Positions 63,845 through 64,000 of a stretch of 64,000 nt of DNA are shown here, one piece after another. The position numbers were made by a program, and so were the translations under genes. Each line of letters starts with the position of its first letter. The stretch's first letter is position 1. Source of the DNA: an uncultured Planctomycetia bacterium (GTDB lineage: Bacteria; Planctomycetota; Planctomycetia; Pirellulales; S012-138); contig CAWEKV010000001.1 in NCBI GenBank assembly GCA_963809785.1, positions 3,464,408-3,528,407 on the forward strand. Reading direction: 5' to 3'. A model generated the notes under the pieces. The model was not told where the DNA came from. It did not search any database and was given only the letters and a program-made list of their open reading frames with translations.

Positions 63845-64000
63845 GGCCCCTCCCCCGGGGTCGATCCGTTCTTACGCGTTGCCGCGGCGCGGTCACGCGA
63901 TCCGCGGCTGACTCGACGATCCGGCGGATCAGCTCGACGTAAGAGATGCCTACGGCCGCGCAGAGCATGGGCAAATCGGAATGCGAGGGGTGCAGGCCGG
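63822..64000 (-). CDS. C-terminal end of a second ATP-grasp (D-Ala-D-Ala-ligase-like) protein; continues past the window end
   Basis: My translation of the minus strand gives ..GLHPSHSDLPMLCAAVGISYVELIRRIVES.., the typical Ddl-family C-terminal helix. As given, the frame overlaps the start of the next gene by ~23 nt. The exact stop is uncertain. Confidence 0.5.
   Translation of the reverse strand, partial: GLHPSHSDLPMLCAAVGISYVELIRRIVESAADRVTAPRQRVRTDRPRGRGHARAGRA

Overview
High-GC segment (about 65% by eye, not computed) whose gene content points to a Planctomycetota chromosome, probably Pirellulales-like. Supporting content: four DUF1501 genes, two DUF1549/DUF1553 (PSD/PSCyt) genes, two WD40 proteins, an ECF sigma factor next to a Ser/Thr-kinase-like membrane protein, an orphan H4MPT gene (mch), rpsL-rpsG, and housekeeping genes (ggt, moeA, tsaB, ruvX, phhA, a UbiB-family kinase, an Hsp70-like gene, an IMPase-family gene). 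I found no tRNA, rRNA, CRISPR array, transposase or integrase. Four things stand out. (1) A small secreted protein (60612-61066, minus) consists almost entirely of Gly-Cys-His repeats, giving overlapping CXXC and CXXCH motifs. (2) Many hairpin repeats have arms built from short tandem 7-9 nt units. The architecture is shared but the unit sequence differs between loci. Three of these arrays, plus one unrelated GC-rich hairpin, lie inside moeA and an ATP-grasp/GNAT gene and are translated in frame. (3) A co-directional block encodes a WD40 protein, an NTF2-like protein, an ECF sigma factor and a kinase paralogue. The kinase has lost its catalytic core by an in-frame deletion, and the WD40 repeats are nearly identical at the DNA level. 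(4) Frameshifts are very unevenly distributed. Several 1.3-2.6 kb ORFs are intact, while the most GC-rich genes (GH20 giant, WD40, PSD, DUF1501, SBP56) change frame every few hundred bases. This could be unpolished long-read indel error or real gene decay, and the sequence alone cannot decide. All product calls come from my own reading of the translations, with no database search. Coordinates of frameshifted genes are outer spans, and some starts are approximate.
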